Origin: Octopus vulgaris
Lineage: Eukaryota
Assembly (NCBI GenBank): GCA_951406725.2
Contig: OX597818.1
Span: 67,580,001-67,644,000 of the forward strand
Reading direction: 5' to 3'
DNA length: 64,000 nt
In this document: piece after piece, positions 1-13,154 of the stretch
How the letters are laid out: each line of letters begins with the position of its first letter
Position numbering within the stretch: position 1 is the stretch's first letter
Made by a program: the position numbers and the translations under genes
The notes under the pieces: model-generated
Databases searched by the model: none
Seen by the model: only the letters and a program-made list of their open reading frames with translations
Told to the model about the DNA's origin: nothing

Positions 1-672
1 CACATTCAGTTACAAATCATACTTTTTTTCTCTAAACTTTCTTATAAATCCCATTCTCTATATACGTGTTGTCAGTGACTTAGTGCTTCATATCTATGTG
101 TTCCTCTGTGTCTTAATATGGGTGTGTGCACTTGTGTGCATGTGTATGAATATTGTGGGCGGATAAAATCACAGTCACAGACATCCTTATAAATTTCAAA
201 ATTTATTATCTAAAACATACATTTCCATTCTGCCATCAGTCAGTGACAACGACCACATGAAACGTTGTTACATATTTCAGTCTTTTGCCAGTGTTTCTGT
301 GAAGGCCGTGATCCTGAGGTGTTACCATAGCAATGCTTCATTTTAACACGAGATTAAAATGTCGTCCCTACCGATCGGCCGACGATATTTTTTATACGTT
401 TGAGTTATGCGGTGTGTTTTTGTCTTTTACTTAATTATTTTCTCCCTTCTATGGTTTTATTTTGCTATTTTACAACAGGGTTTTCTACGTATGTTTATAT
501 TAACGACACACAAGTCCTTAATAGGACTCACGTGTCTTATGAAACAATACTTCTAAGACCAAATAGCGTCATGCTAAGTTTATAAATATATTACATAGTT
601 TATGCAAATCGATATTTCAATCAAATATTATTTCTTATGCATCAATTTCTTTAACATTATCCTGGCCGCTAC

Positions 673-1232
673 GGCGGTGAACTGGCAGAATCGTCAGCAC
701 GCCGGGCGAAATGCGTTGCCATATTTCGTTTGCCGTTACGCTCTGTGTTCAAATTCCGCCGAGGTCGACTTTGCTTTTCATCCTTTCGGGTTCTATAAAT
801 TAAGTACCAGTTACACACTGGGGTCAATTTAATCGACTTAATCCGTTTGTCTGCCCTTGTTTGTCCCCTCTGTATTTAGCACCTCAAGGTGTAGTAAAGA
901 AATAGGTATTTCGTCTGTCTTTACGTTCTGAGTTCAAATTCCACCAAGGTCGACTTTTTCTTTCATCCTTTCGATGTCGATTAAATAAGTACCAGTTACG
1001 CACTGGAGTCGATATAATCGACTTAATCTGTTTGTCTGTTCTTGTTAGCCCCCTGTGGCAATAAAGAAATGAGAAACGTTAGCACGTCGAGCGAAGTGTT
1101 TATCAATATTTCGTCTGTCTTTGCATCATTTTGGGGTCGATAAGTTAGGTACCAGTTGCATAGTGAGGAAGATCTTATCGACTCGCCCCCTCCCCCAAAA
1201 TTCCAGGCCTTTTGTCTATTGAAGAAAAGATT
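673..1232 (+). mobile_element. tRNA-derived SINE (family A) with internally repeated modules
   Basis: A-box-like GAACTGGCAGAATCG and B-box-like GTTCAAATTCC, then GAGGTCGACTTTGCTTTTCATCCTTTCGGG...AAGTACCAGTTAC. The module recurs at about 930-1070 and in at least 8 other places in the window. Confidence 0.85.
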
Positions 1233-1815
1233 ATCCTGGCCGCTTTCCACTGAAATCAATAAATATTTTGCATATCTATATCGGAATCTATATTTTTCGG
1301 TTCAGTTTCGGATGTCCATGCCTGTTTGTCACCAACAAATAATATTGAAAAACTGTGCCTGTCCATCGCCTGAATATATTTTCTGCGATGTTCGTTTAAA
1401 TAAATACACAATTACATATATTGTTTTATAAAAAACAAGATAGGATATTTAGTTAATACTAGATTACCGTGACTAGTATTGTTAAAACTTGGACAGCATG
1501 ACTTAATGCCTAGAATTTTTATCCAGTTGGACAGTTTTGTATTCATATTTGAATACGAAATATACGTAGCCGAAGCTGTGGTCTTGAGTTCAAGATGTTC
1601 GCTATACTAGCACTCAGAGTCAGTCTAACGTAAAGCAACTTACCATGTGGCAGATATTTGTGGTCTGAGAAATTCTTCTACAAAGATTACTAAGCAAAGA
1701 AAAACTATATACAGGCGTTGGTGTTTTTTGCGATAGTGGTATCAATTCTATACACGCACACACACACACGCACACACACACACATGCACACACACACATA
1801 TATATATAAATATGT

Positions 1816-2041
1816 TTCTTTATTACCCACATGGGGCTAAACATAGAGGGGCCAAACAAGGACAGACAAACGAATGAAGTCGATTACATCGACCACAGTG
1901 CGTAAGTGGTACTTAATTTATCGACCCCGAAAGGATGAAAGGCAAAGTCAACCTCGGCTGAATTTGAACTCAGAACGTAACGGCAGACGAAATACGGCGA
2001 CGCATTTCGCCCGACGTGCTAACGGTTCTGCTAGCTCACCG

Positions 2042-2046
<5 letters not shown>
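1816..2046 (-). mobile_element. SINE family A copy
   Basis: Reverse complement of the same head and body (CCCCGAAAGGATGAAAGGCAAAGTCAACCTCGGC...GAATTTGAACTC...CTAGCTCACCGCC). Confidence 0.85.
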
Positions 2047-2076
<30 letters not shown>

Positions 2077-2081
<5 letters not shown>

Positions 2082-2223
2082 ATATACACATATATATTTG
2101 TGTGTGTAAGATTCAAGGATCTAATAGAGTTAAGTAACCCCCACGGATTGCTTGAAGTTAACTTTCTTCCAACGCCTCGATCCTTGAATCTGACGCACAC
2201 AAATATATATGTGTATATGCACA
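2077..2223. repeat. Inverted repeat, 45-bp arms with a 57-nt loop
   Basis: 2077-2121 is the reverse complement of 2179-2223 with 2 mismatches. Confidence 0.9.
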
Positions 2224-2259
2224 CAAATGCAAATATATAATCATCACTAACACCCTCAA

Positions 2260-2882
2260 ATATCTCCTACATATGTGGGAACTTGTGTGTGTGTGTGTGT
2301 GTGAGGGGGTGTTTGCGGAGTTGTTAACTAACTCCTCCTACATAGTTTCATCGATTTGATGAAACTTGACACGTGAGTAGAACTCAAGTCTGGAAACATC
2401 ATGGTTAACTTAGATTGTTGGAAAAATCGATAATGGAAGGGATCCTTATATATCTGTCAAAGAAAATTGCCCATTCCCCAAGATTTTAACAGCCAAGGGA
2501 AATAACCCATTTATTTTCCTAAATCATTTGGTATAAATCAAATTGAGTATGCTTATTTCTTAGTATTTCCTCCTAAGTTCTATATACTCTGGTAACGTAT
2601 TAAAGCCCTTTTGGGGGCTACTTTATTTAAATTCTTACTATCGGGTATGTAATTTCATGTTATTACATAACTGACTTTCCAAATTGGGTATTTATAACTT
2701 ATTGGGAATTTCTAAAATCAAGATTCTGTGTAAGACAGTTCGGTATTCTCTGTAAATGCACCAAAGGTGTTTTGAGGACAACATACTTTGTATTCTTGTT
2801 ATTGGATTAGCGAAACAATTATGAGAACGGAGCCACGGGTTAAGACCCTCTTTCCCGAGAATTACAGGGTGTGTCAGCTAGT
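2260..2882 (+). mobile_element. Possible non-autonomous Helitron/DINE-like element
   Basis: Internal (GT)n followed by AACTCCTCC...ATCGATTTGATGAAACTTGACAC, and a 3' end CAGGGTGTGTCAGCTAG|T. This layout is typical of Helitron-derived elements. Confidence 0.45.
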
Positions 2883-2908
2883 ACATATATGTATATATAT
2901 ATATATAT

Positions 2909-3121
2909 TGGTAAAACGCTAAGATAACAAAAGAAAGAAAGAGACCTCAATATTATGTAAATAGAGGAAATTTATCTATAAAATAATATGTGACATTACT
3001 CGATAGTCAAGATAAAACTCTGAGTTTCAAATAGCCAGATAACCGAAGAGATGTCGTGGATTCCCACTTCGGCATCTGAAACTCATAGTTTTATCTTGAC
3101 TATCGAGTGATGTAACATATA

Positions 3122-3125
<4 letters not shown>
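2909..3125 (+). mobile_element. Fold-back mini-element between (TA)n tracts carrying a hammerhead motif (Penelope-like LTR derivative)
   Basis: 44-bp inverted arms at 2986-3029 and 3077-3120 (3 mismatches); (TA)n on both sides. Confidence 0.7.
3037..3096 (+). ncRNA. Type I hammerhead ribozyme motif (core variant CCGAAGA)
   Basis: AGATAA-CCGAAGA-GATGTCG..CGGCATC-T-GAAAC-TCATA-GTT-TTATCT: 6-bp stem I, stem II, GAAA and short stem III in type I order. Confidence 0.7.
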
Positions 3126-3163
<38 letters not shown>

Positions 3164-4266
3164 ATCAATTGACATATCTGTTCCCACACGCGTCCTGTAA
3201 CTAATTTTGAATATTGTTAACATTACATAATCTTCCGTTACAATTTTTCTTAATGTACTTATTATAATTTACGTCGGCCCATTCATCCATTGACTTTGGC
3301 CTTCATTATCAGTAGGGCCCTAAAGAATAATAATCCCTCTCCTGCTGGCGAGACATAGTTTTAACTTCAGTCCAGTATGCAAAAGAAATTGATTTGACCT
3401 CTCTAACTTGCTTATCACCAAACTCTGCAGGACACAAGTACATTGTGTCGAACGTTTGTACTAAAAACTGGAATACCATTTTTTTGACTTAATTATCGGT
3501 TTCTCTTAACAATCATCTGTCATTAAATAAAGGTATTATATTTGGGATTATGGTTTTGCTATATTGATTGGCGTAAGGATAATGACATTCAATAGAATCT
3601 AATGTCCTTGGTTTCTATTTCTTTGGGGAATACTATCCTATATGAGAGTGGTATAATAATGGTCGTCATAGCTAGGATATTGACGCACTTGGAAAAACTA
3701 ATTTAAGGCGTTTTGTTTATCCACCTCTTTTCCAAATTTGTCTCACAAAAGGCTCCTTAAGAATTCATTCAACCAAACTTGATGAAATAAACATGAAATC
3801 TATTCCGGTAAGCGAAATATTTTAGATTATAAACAATTCTAAATATGGATGAATTTGCTCAATATATCAATGGAAAGAATATCAGATCTCCAAAACGTGG
3901 GTATTTTCAAAAGGAAGAGAGAAACCAATGTTCCCAAAATTACAAAATGACTGCCCACGCAAACAATGCTTATTACCAAAGAATGGAATGGACTGCATTA
4001 TCAGTATTCCAGTATAGAAAACAAAATCTTGAAATCAATTTGAAACCGTTCCACTAATGTTAAATTATAAATGCTAACATAAAACCTATCAGGGAGTCAA
4101 AATATTATTTAAACTTCCTGTTACCATTGTCAGACCTTATGTCTATATCATACGAGATCTAGTGACAAGCTGTCTCTAAAGGCAACTAAATAGTGTTTCG
4201 ATTACCTGATAAAATATTTTATTATTCATTTCTATTCTAGAATATGGCTTAAAAGGTAAAATGCAA

Positions 4267-4429
<163 letters not shown>

Positions 4430-4943
4430 TTCCTTCCTATTCAATACTATATTGTCCTTTCTTCCTTTGCGTTTCATTTTTTCTCCTTCGTTATTTCTTC
4501 TCTTATCTCTGGCGCGTATCTATAATAATTCCTTTCCTACATATTTCATTTCTCAGTTTTGCTTTTTTACTCTCCCCTAACAGTACATGTATTCAAAAAT
4601 ATTTAAATCATACACTAATTATATACTATTTATCAGTAATATAATAAGTATCATTATATTTGAATGCAGCCCATTCGGAAGAGAAGTTTCTGCGTTCGTT
4701 TAAAAAAAAATGTTTGCAAAAATGTCAGATGCAGCATTTTTAAAGTCTTCGATATAACTGACTGCTCTGCTTTAGCTATCAAAATTAGAGATAATACATA
4801 GATTCTAAATCTGAGAAGTATGTAGAAAAACCTCCCGCTGTGATAGCTTTATCTTTGCCTGTGTTCTGCAAAAAAGCTTTTGAGTGGATTTGGTAGGCGG
4901 AAACTGAAGGAAATACGTCGTATATACATATACTTGCATCCAC

Positions 4944-4991
<48 letters not shown>

Positions 4992-5479
4992 CCGATATAC
5001 CTAATATGTACGAGGCTTCTGTCCATTGTCTTCGGTGCCCGTTTAGTGAAGAGCAGTATTACATCTAACCTTAGCCTTTTCAATTTTAATAAGATTTCAA
5101 AGTTTGCGAGATTCCAGAATCTATAGCAGTCGGCGCAAAATGCTTAATTGTATTTTGTCCGTCCTTACATGTCCGTGTTCAAATTCTGCCCAAGTTCACC
5201 GTGTCTTTCATAGTTCGGATTCCATGAAATCAGTACCAGTTCAACACTTGGGTCGACGTAACAGACTTCCATCTCTTCGAAAATTTGCTGACCTCATGCC
5301 AGAACTTCACACCTTTATCTAAGATTTTTCAAGCTAAAGCTATTCAATGCAGTGATTGAGATGAATAAGTGCTCAAACATGAAAACATAAGGGTTACCTT
5401 AACTGAAAGCAATGATTTTCGTCACAATTGTCATTGTAGTTTTTCAATATATTTGCTCCAGAATTGATTTTCCCACACG

Positions 5480-7190
5480 TTTTCTTATTGTCCTTCTCGT
5501 TATTCTTGTAGCAGTTTCCTTCTTCTCCCATATTTCACATTATAAGTCTTACTGGCAATTATATAGTTGAGCAGGTGTAATGCGATAGCTATAAATCTGT
5601 TACTCCCCTCATTGTCGTACGATAATTAACTTTCAGTCAGAAAAGTCGCTGCAATCAACAATTATTGATGAGCATTTTAAATTGCTGCATTATACTAATA
5701 TCGCTTTAATAGGCTAGACGTCTGTCTGTAGATAATCAGCATACTCTCACTCAAAAATAGTGTTGTTCGTTTGCGTCTCCTCATGATTCCACAGTATTGT
5801 AGATCACCTTCTTAAGTTATTCTTAAAACGTACTGGAATCCTAAGTTGAAACCATTTCAGGATTATCATGAATGATTTCTTTTGTAGTTTGGTAGGGGTC
5901 TTTCAGGTTGATGGATGAATTATAATTCTTACTTTCTGCACAATAAGATCCTAATGAGACCCCATTAAGAAAGGTCCACTGATGCAGAAACTGCGCTTCT
6001 CACAACTCCAATGTTCCAATACACATTCTTCAAATAAACATTCTTAAAGTCAAACAGCAAACTTTGTTCTTTGATGCCCTCAGAGACGTGTGGTTGAATT
6101 GTTAGGTCATTGTTTCCTTGAAAAGCGAGGATGAATTTCGAATAATTTGTTCTCCTTGGTCTGCATATTCCTGTGCACATATCTTCTTATTTCCTTCCTT
6201 TTCAATGAAGTCCTATAGTTTAACTCTTCATTTACTCTATATAATAATTTCTTGTCTATGTCTTCCAATCAGCCTTTTTTCCATTACCTGCTTTCCTCCA
6301 GTCCGTTGTTCAATTCTGCTAAAACCTTGCCTTAAACCCATTATACCATTCTCAATGTATCAATTACTCCATGGTTCTTTTTCGTACTCTGCTTTGTTTT
6401 CGTTAGTCGGATTTTCTTCTCAACAAGTAGAGCAAATCTCCTTTTTTGCATCATATTCACTTTCTGGATATGTGTGGTGGTAGCTTTTGTCAGTTTTCCC
6501 CAAAATGTTATTTATCATACACCTATCAAAACATATTCGTTAAGACATTGTTCTGCTGAGCAATTCCGCAGAACTATAAGCCTTCCTTGTAATTCAAGAA
6601 ATTCATCATCTAATTTATTCCCTCGTCTTGCATAACCACCCACCACCTTACCGGGATTCGATCTGTAACCTTCAAAGCTGTCCTAACATCCCCGTCATAG
6701 TTTCTTACTCCTGTTCTCTAGTTTTCTCTTTGAGTCCAAGGTCCAAGTGTACAAACGGCTTCAGATTCTGCTCAAACCTCCCTTTGTTGGTTCATCAGCA
6801 GGTTCCCGACAACGGTCATTAATCCGAAATATTTCTATCTCAGCTAACCAATCACCTTCGCTTGATATACTAGTTTGCGCTCTGTCCTCAAAAACTATGT
6901 TATTTTCCGTCCATTCATTAAGTCTAACGGAAACGCCCTTCATCCTCTTGCGTCTTAACTGAGCACAAATGTTATGTGGTTTGTTGTATAGTAAAAACTA
7001 TGCAGTGCCAGATCACTTGCCCTCTTCAAGGAAGATCAAGACATACTAGGTGATAGATCTTCACCATAAATGTATCCGACCTCAAACACGTCGCTCGTTA
7101 TTTCCTTATCTTTGAGATTCACTTTTGGGGTTCGCCCGCAAAAGAGTTGTGTTATTGAGATACCATTTCCATATAACCTGCCTTATAGAC
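5480..7190 (-). mobile_element. Heavily decayed R4/Dong-like LINE, N-terminal part of the ORF
   Basis: Remnant peptide EDRAQTSISSEGDWLAEIEI resembles the R4-type N-terminal block. A degenerate YRPITC-like stretch lies near 5560-5600, and the element abuts (TAT)n at about 7200. Confidence 0.5.
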
Positions 7191-7370
7191 TAACGAGTTT
7201 ATAATAATACTAATTATTATTATCCTTATCAACATGAAAGAAATCACCATCATCACCATTATAATTCTTTTACATGATTTGGCTAAATGCACCCTGTGCT
7301 GTGAATATCATGTTGTACTTACCGTTTCTGCTGCTGGTGGTTCTGTTGATATAACTATCGTAGTTATTGA

Positions 7371-7404
<34 letters not shown>

Positions 7405-7529
7405 ATGGACGAGGTTATCTTTTCTTGTAGTAGTGGTGTATGTGAAGCAGCTGTTGTCGTTCTCACTCGTTCATTCTTCACTGGGGTGTTCTGCAGTAGC
7501 ATCAACACTTACTATTTGATTTGTTTTCT

Positions 7530-8300
7530 ATTTCTCATGTTAATGTTTTCATTATTGGAGACTCTAAAGGCAATTCTTTGGAACATTTTATTCTCTTTAT
7601 CTACTTCGAACTAATCAGGTGTTCTAGCTTCTGTTGCTCTTTCAGTCTAGAAGTGGAAGTCCCACAACATCTTGTATTGCTTATTTACTTGTTCTTTACT
7701 AGGTTCCTGTTCAAACCATTTATCACTATCTTCAAATCCTATCTTTCTACACAGCTCCCAGTGGATTACTCTCCCTGGGTTGTAATTTCTTTTTTGTGCC
7801 ATCATGCTACATTCACTTACTATAAGGATAACGCTTTCATCTTTTGATTTTGCATAACCTACACTGGTAATTTTGTCTACCTTGGGTTTTATGCAGTTAG
7901 TCCTGAATGCTTGATCTTAGGCAGCTACTAACAAACATTCTGTCTCTCTTTTCAGATTTCAGTTCTGTAACCATAGCCATGTCTCGCTACTACTCTTTGC
8001 TGCAACTATCTTTGAGAATCAACCATGCAATGACTTCTCCTGCCAGTGAGATGATTTCCTTTTTTGTTTTCTGGTTTTTAAGTTCCTTTAGTGCTTCGGT
8101 TTCCCTATTCTATTTGTGACTTGACTCTAGCAGCTTTTAATACTTACCTCATTATGACCTTTATAAGAGTTTATATCTAATCTTGTTAACTCCACGCAGT
8201 CTTCTGATGATATAAACCCTCTTTCGCCTTCCATTCTAGGTACGCATAATCTTGCTGCTCCTGGCCTTCGGTGAAATCTTCCATTCATATAGAATTCTTT
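7530..8300 (-). mobile_element. Decayed R4/Dong-like LINE, C-terminal part
   Basis: Minus-strand remnants RLCVPRMEGERGFISSEDCVE, WQEKSLHG, AA*DQAFRTN and KMLWDF are colinear with the 27-29 kb copy. Confidence 0.75.
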
Positions 8301-8341
8301 CCTATTTCTTTAGTATAGCTTTTCAAATTCAGCACTTGGAA

Positions 8342-8358
8342 TTACTACTACTACTACA

Positions 8359-8442
<84 letters not shown>

Positions 8443-8481
8443 ACTACTACTACTACTACTACTGCTACTACCACTACTACT
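8342..8481. repeat. (TAC)n/(TGC)n compound microsatellite
   Basis: Direct reading. Confidence 0.95.
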
Positions 8482-10919
8482 ATTCTTAGTATTATTATTA
8501 TTACATTATTGTCATTGTACAAACACCACCACCGCAATCGCCACCTAATTCAAAAACATAAGTTTTGAATTGTACATACCAACGTCAGCAAAATTCAAGC
8601 ATCATTAACTACACAACAATAGATACAAAAAATAAACAACTAACGGGGCACACATATAACCAGGCAGACATCATACACACCAACCTTATCTCACTAACAA
8701 ACAGCAGAGCAACATTCATAAAAAGCCATCCTAACATCACAAAAATGTATACAGCACCATATAAACTAAATATCCTGAAGGAGGTAAGGGCTTCAGAGGA
8801 ATATTCACAAAAGACTGTATCCACCAAAATATCCACAAAAGACAGCTTGTGGGAACATCCACATATAGTTATGAAACAGAGCATCCATTCCCGCTTCTAC
8901 AATAAAATCGCTGAAACTAAACTTTCCTGCATCCATTCTTTAATCTAACATTGCCTTGTTCAGATTAGACAGTATAAGTGCACATGGCGTGGGTCGCTTT
9001 TGAAAAAAAGGTCATCTACTCAACAACCTCAGGTAACTAGGTATAGATGTAGTGGCTTTGCGACCGACGAGCGCTCACGCCAATTTTTGGTTGGTTCGAG
9101 ATACATTTAATTCTATGTCAACGAGGAATGAGTGTGGAAGTGGAACTCCAGTATTGTTCCGGAGAATTCTGGATTTCGTGATAAAGAGTATCTTGCTGGG
9201 AAGCTGGTGATCCTGAGTGTGAAGAGAAGTGACGAGAGTGACCCGGAATTGTGGCTGTTTAAACCCCGACTGAAGCAATCGTGGTGCTGGTGGTGGTGCT
9301 GGTGGTGCTGGTTGGCTTACACGCCTGTTATAGCCTCAACGACATTTAAGCAAAAATGAAGCAAAGACAATTACGGAGACATTGATAAGAAAAAATGTAT
9401 TGCCACCACCGCCAACACCACCATCAACAACAACAATAGTAATGATAACATTAATAAGAACAGCAACAACAACAACAATAATAATAATAACAATAACAAC
9501 AACAACAATAATAATAACAGAATTCAGTTTAACAATATAAAGAAAGAAAACATTGAGACATATCACGAGAGAATTTCAAATCATAGTGTGTCGGCACACA
9601 CACACACACACACATGCAGACATCAGCATTCGCAGACACATACACACATACACACATGTACACATGCTCACACAGAAGTATACGCGTGTATTTAACCGTA
9701 ATTGCAGCTGTCACACGCATACATTCACTCTGACGTACACCTATGTATATGTATATACAGGTGTATATGTGCTTGTGTCTGTATACATAGGTATATTGTA
9801 TATACACATGTCTATTTACATATATATTGGTTTATTTCTGTTTGAATTATTTGTCTGGTATTAAGTGTTAAATCAATTTGTCCTGATATTGAGATGCTTG
9901 AGTGGCGGACAATGAAAGACCGCAATCTATAACAATGGCTGTTTAGATGTAGTAGATATATTCTGTTTTTATAAGCGGGCTGTAAACATAGACTCTGGGG
10001 TTTCCTGCATTAATCAGTCTCTCTGTGTGTTCCTCTCTCGTGAAGAAAGAAAATATTGCAATGTTTGTGTACTGACGTGCTAGCGGTGGTACATATGTAA
10101 TTCCAAGATACAAAAAAAATGGTCGGATTTGTACAAGACATTCAATTTAGTTGGTGAGAATTCTTTAGAGCATATATTTTGTTTTAACGCACACGAAATT
10201 ATCGTTGTTGTTGCTGCTTAGATTCACTCGTCAGCTCTGAATAAGCAGGCCTATGATCAAAGATTTTCCAGTCATGACCAACCTGTATTGTTTTCAAAAC
10301 TTTTATATCAGAATAGATTATTTGATGTTTTCTTTCTCTTTTTTTAATGCGCTAAATAGTAATTTTAGAGTGATTTGACTGTTATTTCTAGAAGGATATT
10401 CAGCGAAATGCATGCGTCTAGAACTCAAATTTTATTCGTTTGCAATGGAGGAAATGGAGGAGGGGTAACAGAGAGATGAAGAAAGATTAAGATAAAATGA
10501 AAACATTTTGGAAGAAAATACAATAAGAAGAAACAGCTGAATAAATGAAAAAATGTGTGCAGGCAGAATAATGGCCGAGAAAAAGAGAAGAATTTAAGAA
10601 AGAAGACGGAGCCTTTTCGAAATTGCTTGAAAGCATAACTGGCGCTTTGTCGGTTGCGACGACGTGTGAAACAGTTGATGAGATCAACAGAGCAGCCTCT
10701 TTGTGAAATTCATGTACATGTGGCTGAGCACTCCGCAGAAATACAGGTATAGCTCAAGGACAGAACGCGTTGATTGGAATCGGAATGTTCCCGGTTCAGG
10801 TGTCATCTATGTCCATTAGTTAAAGAGGTGCAATGTGCTTCATGAAAGACTGGCAACGCAATTGAATGAATGAGTATGGATGGTAACGGGAAAGCAATAG
10901 ATGTAATGAATGACAGAAG

Positions 10920-11740
10920 ATGAGAAATGTTGTCGGAAGCTATCATCCTGTAACTTGTATGATTATTATATGGAAGGTCCATACTGGAATGTTGACGGGT
11001 AAGACATACTATTACAGGGAGAATTATTACCAAGGGAACAAAGAAGGCGTAGAAAGGCATCTCGGGGTACGTACCCAGGGGCATCTGGCTATCGAAGAGA
11101 GTTTTGAAGAATGATAAAAAAAGCATCATAGAAATGTGTCTCTGGACTGGATTTAACTTTAAAAAGGCATATAGTATAGCACCGCATTCTAGGTTTGTTG
11201 AAACCCTGCAGCTGTTTGATATTGTTGACAACATCATTAATAATAAGCCAGTGTTGTTCTTAGCAAAATATTTCTTCGAGAAGTAGAAATTAAAAAGGAT
11301 TATCTTCTAAGATGATTCGTTTTCAACATCGCGGTTTGTGTTTAACATGGGTTACCAACGTGAAAGTAAAAGTTCATTCAGAATCAATCGTTTGTATATG
11401 GATGACCTGAAACTGAAAAGATTGAAAGCCAGATAGATTGTTTGGTTAAATCAATCCAGTCATCAATAGGGAATCTGAAATTTCCAAAATTCACCATAAG
11501 AAAGAAGAAAGCAAATGGTGGTGGATTACGGCTGCCATCGGGAGAAAACATTGGGAACCAGAACATAGTGAACATTCGTATTTGGTGATCTTATAGCTGA
11601 ATGATATTTTACATAAATAGATGAAAGTAAGAATTACTCAGACATATTTAAACAGAGTAAAAATGATTTTAAAATCGAATCTGATTGGATTGCGTGAATT
11701 CGGGTTACTGCAACCAATAACTAGGCAACTGCAGTGGTTA
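10920..11740 (+). mobile_element. Decayed R4/Dong-like LINE reverse transcriptase fragment
   Basis: SYHPVTCMIIIWKVHTG, FNFKKAYSIAPHS and NRLYMDDLKL are RT motifs interrupted by frameshifts. Confidence 0.8.
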
Positions 11741-12158
11741 GATCGTTCTTTACTTCTCTAGGCACAAGGCCCGGAAATTTTGGGGGAGAGGACCAGTCGA
11801 TAATGCTCTTCTCATTATCATTCACCATTATGTTTTAATACAGGTTAAATTTTCATCGTCTTCATGATCATCATCACCATTATCATTCTCATCATTGTTA
11901 TCTTCATTGCCATTGGCATTGCTACGGCCATCGTCATTGCTGTCTTTATAATATTTGCTCCGGAATATAACGATGCAAGCATCAAAAACCTTACACTACG
12001 TTGATAATAGTGGAACACATGAATATTCGAAAACCCTTGCAACAATCGACAGTAACTGAATTGTTATGTGTATTAGAAACACTTGCAACAGCAACGTTTA
12101 CCTTTTGCAAGAACTGGACTGGCATATTTCAATTTTCTCTGTCAATATATCTTTACAG

Positions 12159-12256
12159 ATAAAACAACCATCATGAAAGCAAGGAATTCAAAGAATATTC
12201 GTGATTCTATGAAGTCACTTATTGAAGAAATATGTTTGAATTTCCAAATTTTTAAT
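12159..12256 (+). CDS. Candidate internal exon of an unidentified host gene
   Basis: Flanked by ctttacag| and |gtaagt; 98 nt; only one frame is open (KTTIMKARNSKNIRDSMKSLIEEICLNFQIFN). Confidence 0.4.
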
Positions 12257-13133
12257 GTAAGTTGTCTCATCTCACTAATTACTTTAATTAATGGATTTGA
12301 AGATTTTGGTTATTCAATGCTTTCCATTCTTTATCCTTTTGATATGAAAATAGTTCAATATCAGGCTCCCTTCATTATTTTTTAAAGTAAATTTCGCAAG
12401 AATTCTTCTAAATATTCTTTGTTCAATTTGAAGTAATTTTATCAATCTATAAATATTTTCCATTGTCCTTTACTGAATTTAATTCTTTTGTCAGGAAAAT
12501 AGTCGTAATTATTCGCCATTTCTGATAATTTTACTATAATTTATTTTAAACAGTCATTCTGTCTTTAACTTATTTCACATCTAGAAATAAGAAAATATAT
12601 TACTGTGAACTATATAACTATTACTTCAGGTTCATTTATAATTTATGACTTTTACCTCAAGGCCTCGGGGAACATTCTTATGAATCTCTAAATATTGATA
12701 CAGAATGAACTAAAGTTTTTTCATTCCTTTTGGGTATTCATGTCCAGTTAGTTTTTAAACTTTGACTTGTACTGTTGTGTTATTAAAATTCATTCTGTTA
12801 TTGTTATTATGATGAAAACTACAGACTGCTTCTTGCTTATCGTTTTTCGCCTTTGAACTTTTCCTAATATTTCGGGCATTTGTGGCCAATAAAGCGGTTG
12901 TTATTATTCTAAGTCATAAGTAAAGTCAGCAATATATTGCAAACTGTTCGTATTGCAATTAAAACAGCTTTAACTCTGGGAAGAACCACCGTAACTATGG
13001 AAATATAATCAGTCTGTAACATAGTACAACATACGTTGGTGTTACCCAGTAAACAACCTTCACTATGGGTAAGTGAAATAACAAACCAATCTTTTCGCAA
13101 TTTAAATATGTATTTCTCCTGGTGTTCTTACAG

Positions 13134-13154
13134 AAAACCATTCACAAGGAAGAG
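13134..13154 (+). CDS. Candidate 21-nt micro-exon
   Basis: tttctcctggtgttcttacag|AAAACCATTCACAAGGAAGAG|gtaagt, with near-consensus splice sites on both sides. Confidence 0.45.

Noticed and set aside
3752-4057. Possible exon 3752-3807 and the 70-aa ORF at 3845
   Set aside because: Weak acceptor, no recognisable protein motif and no link to other exons.
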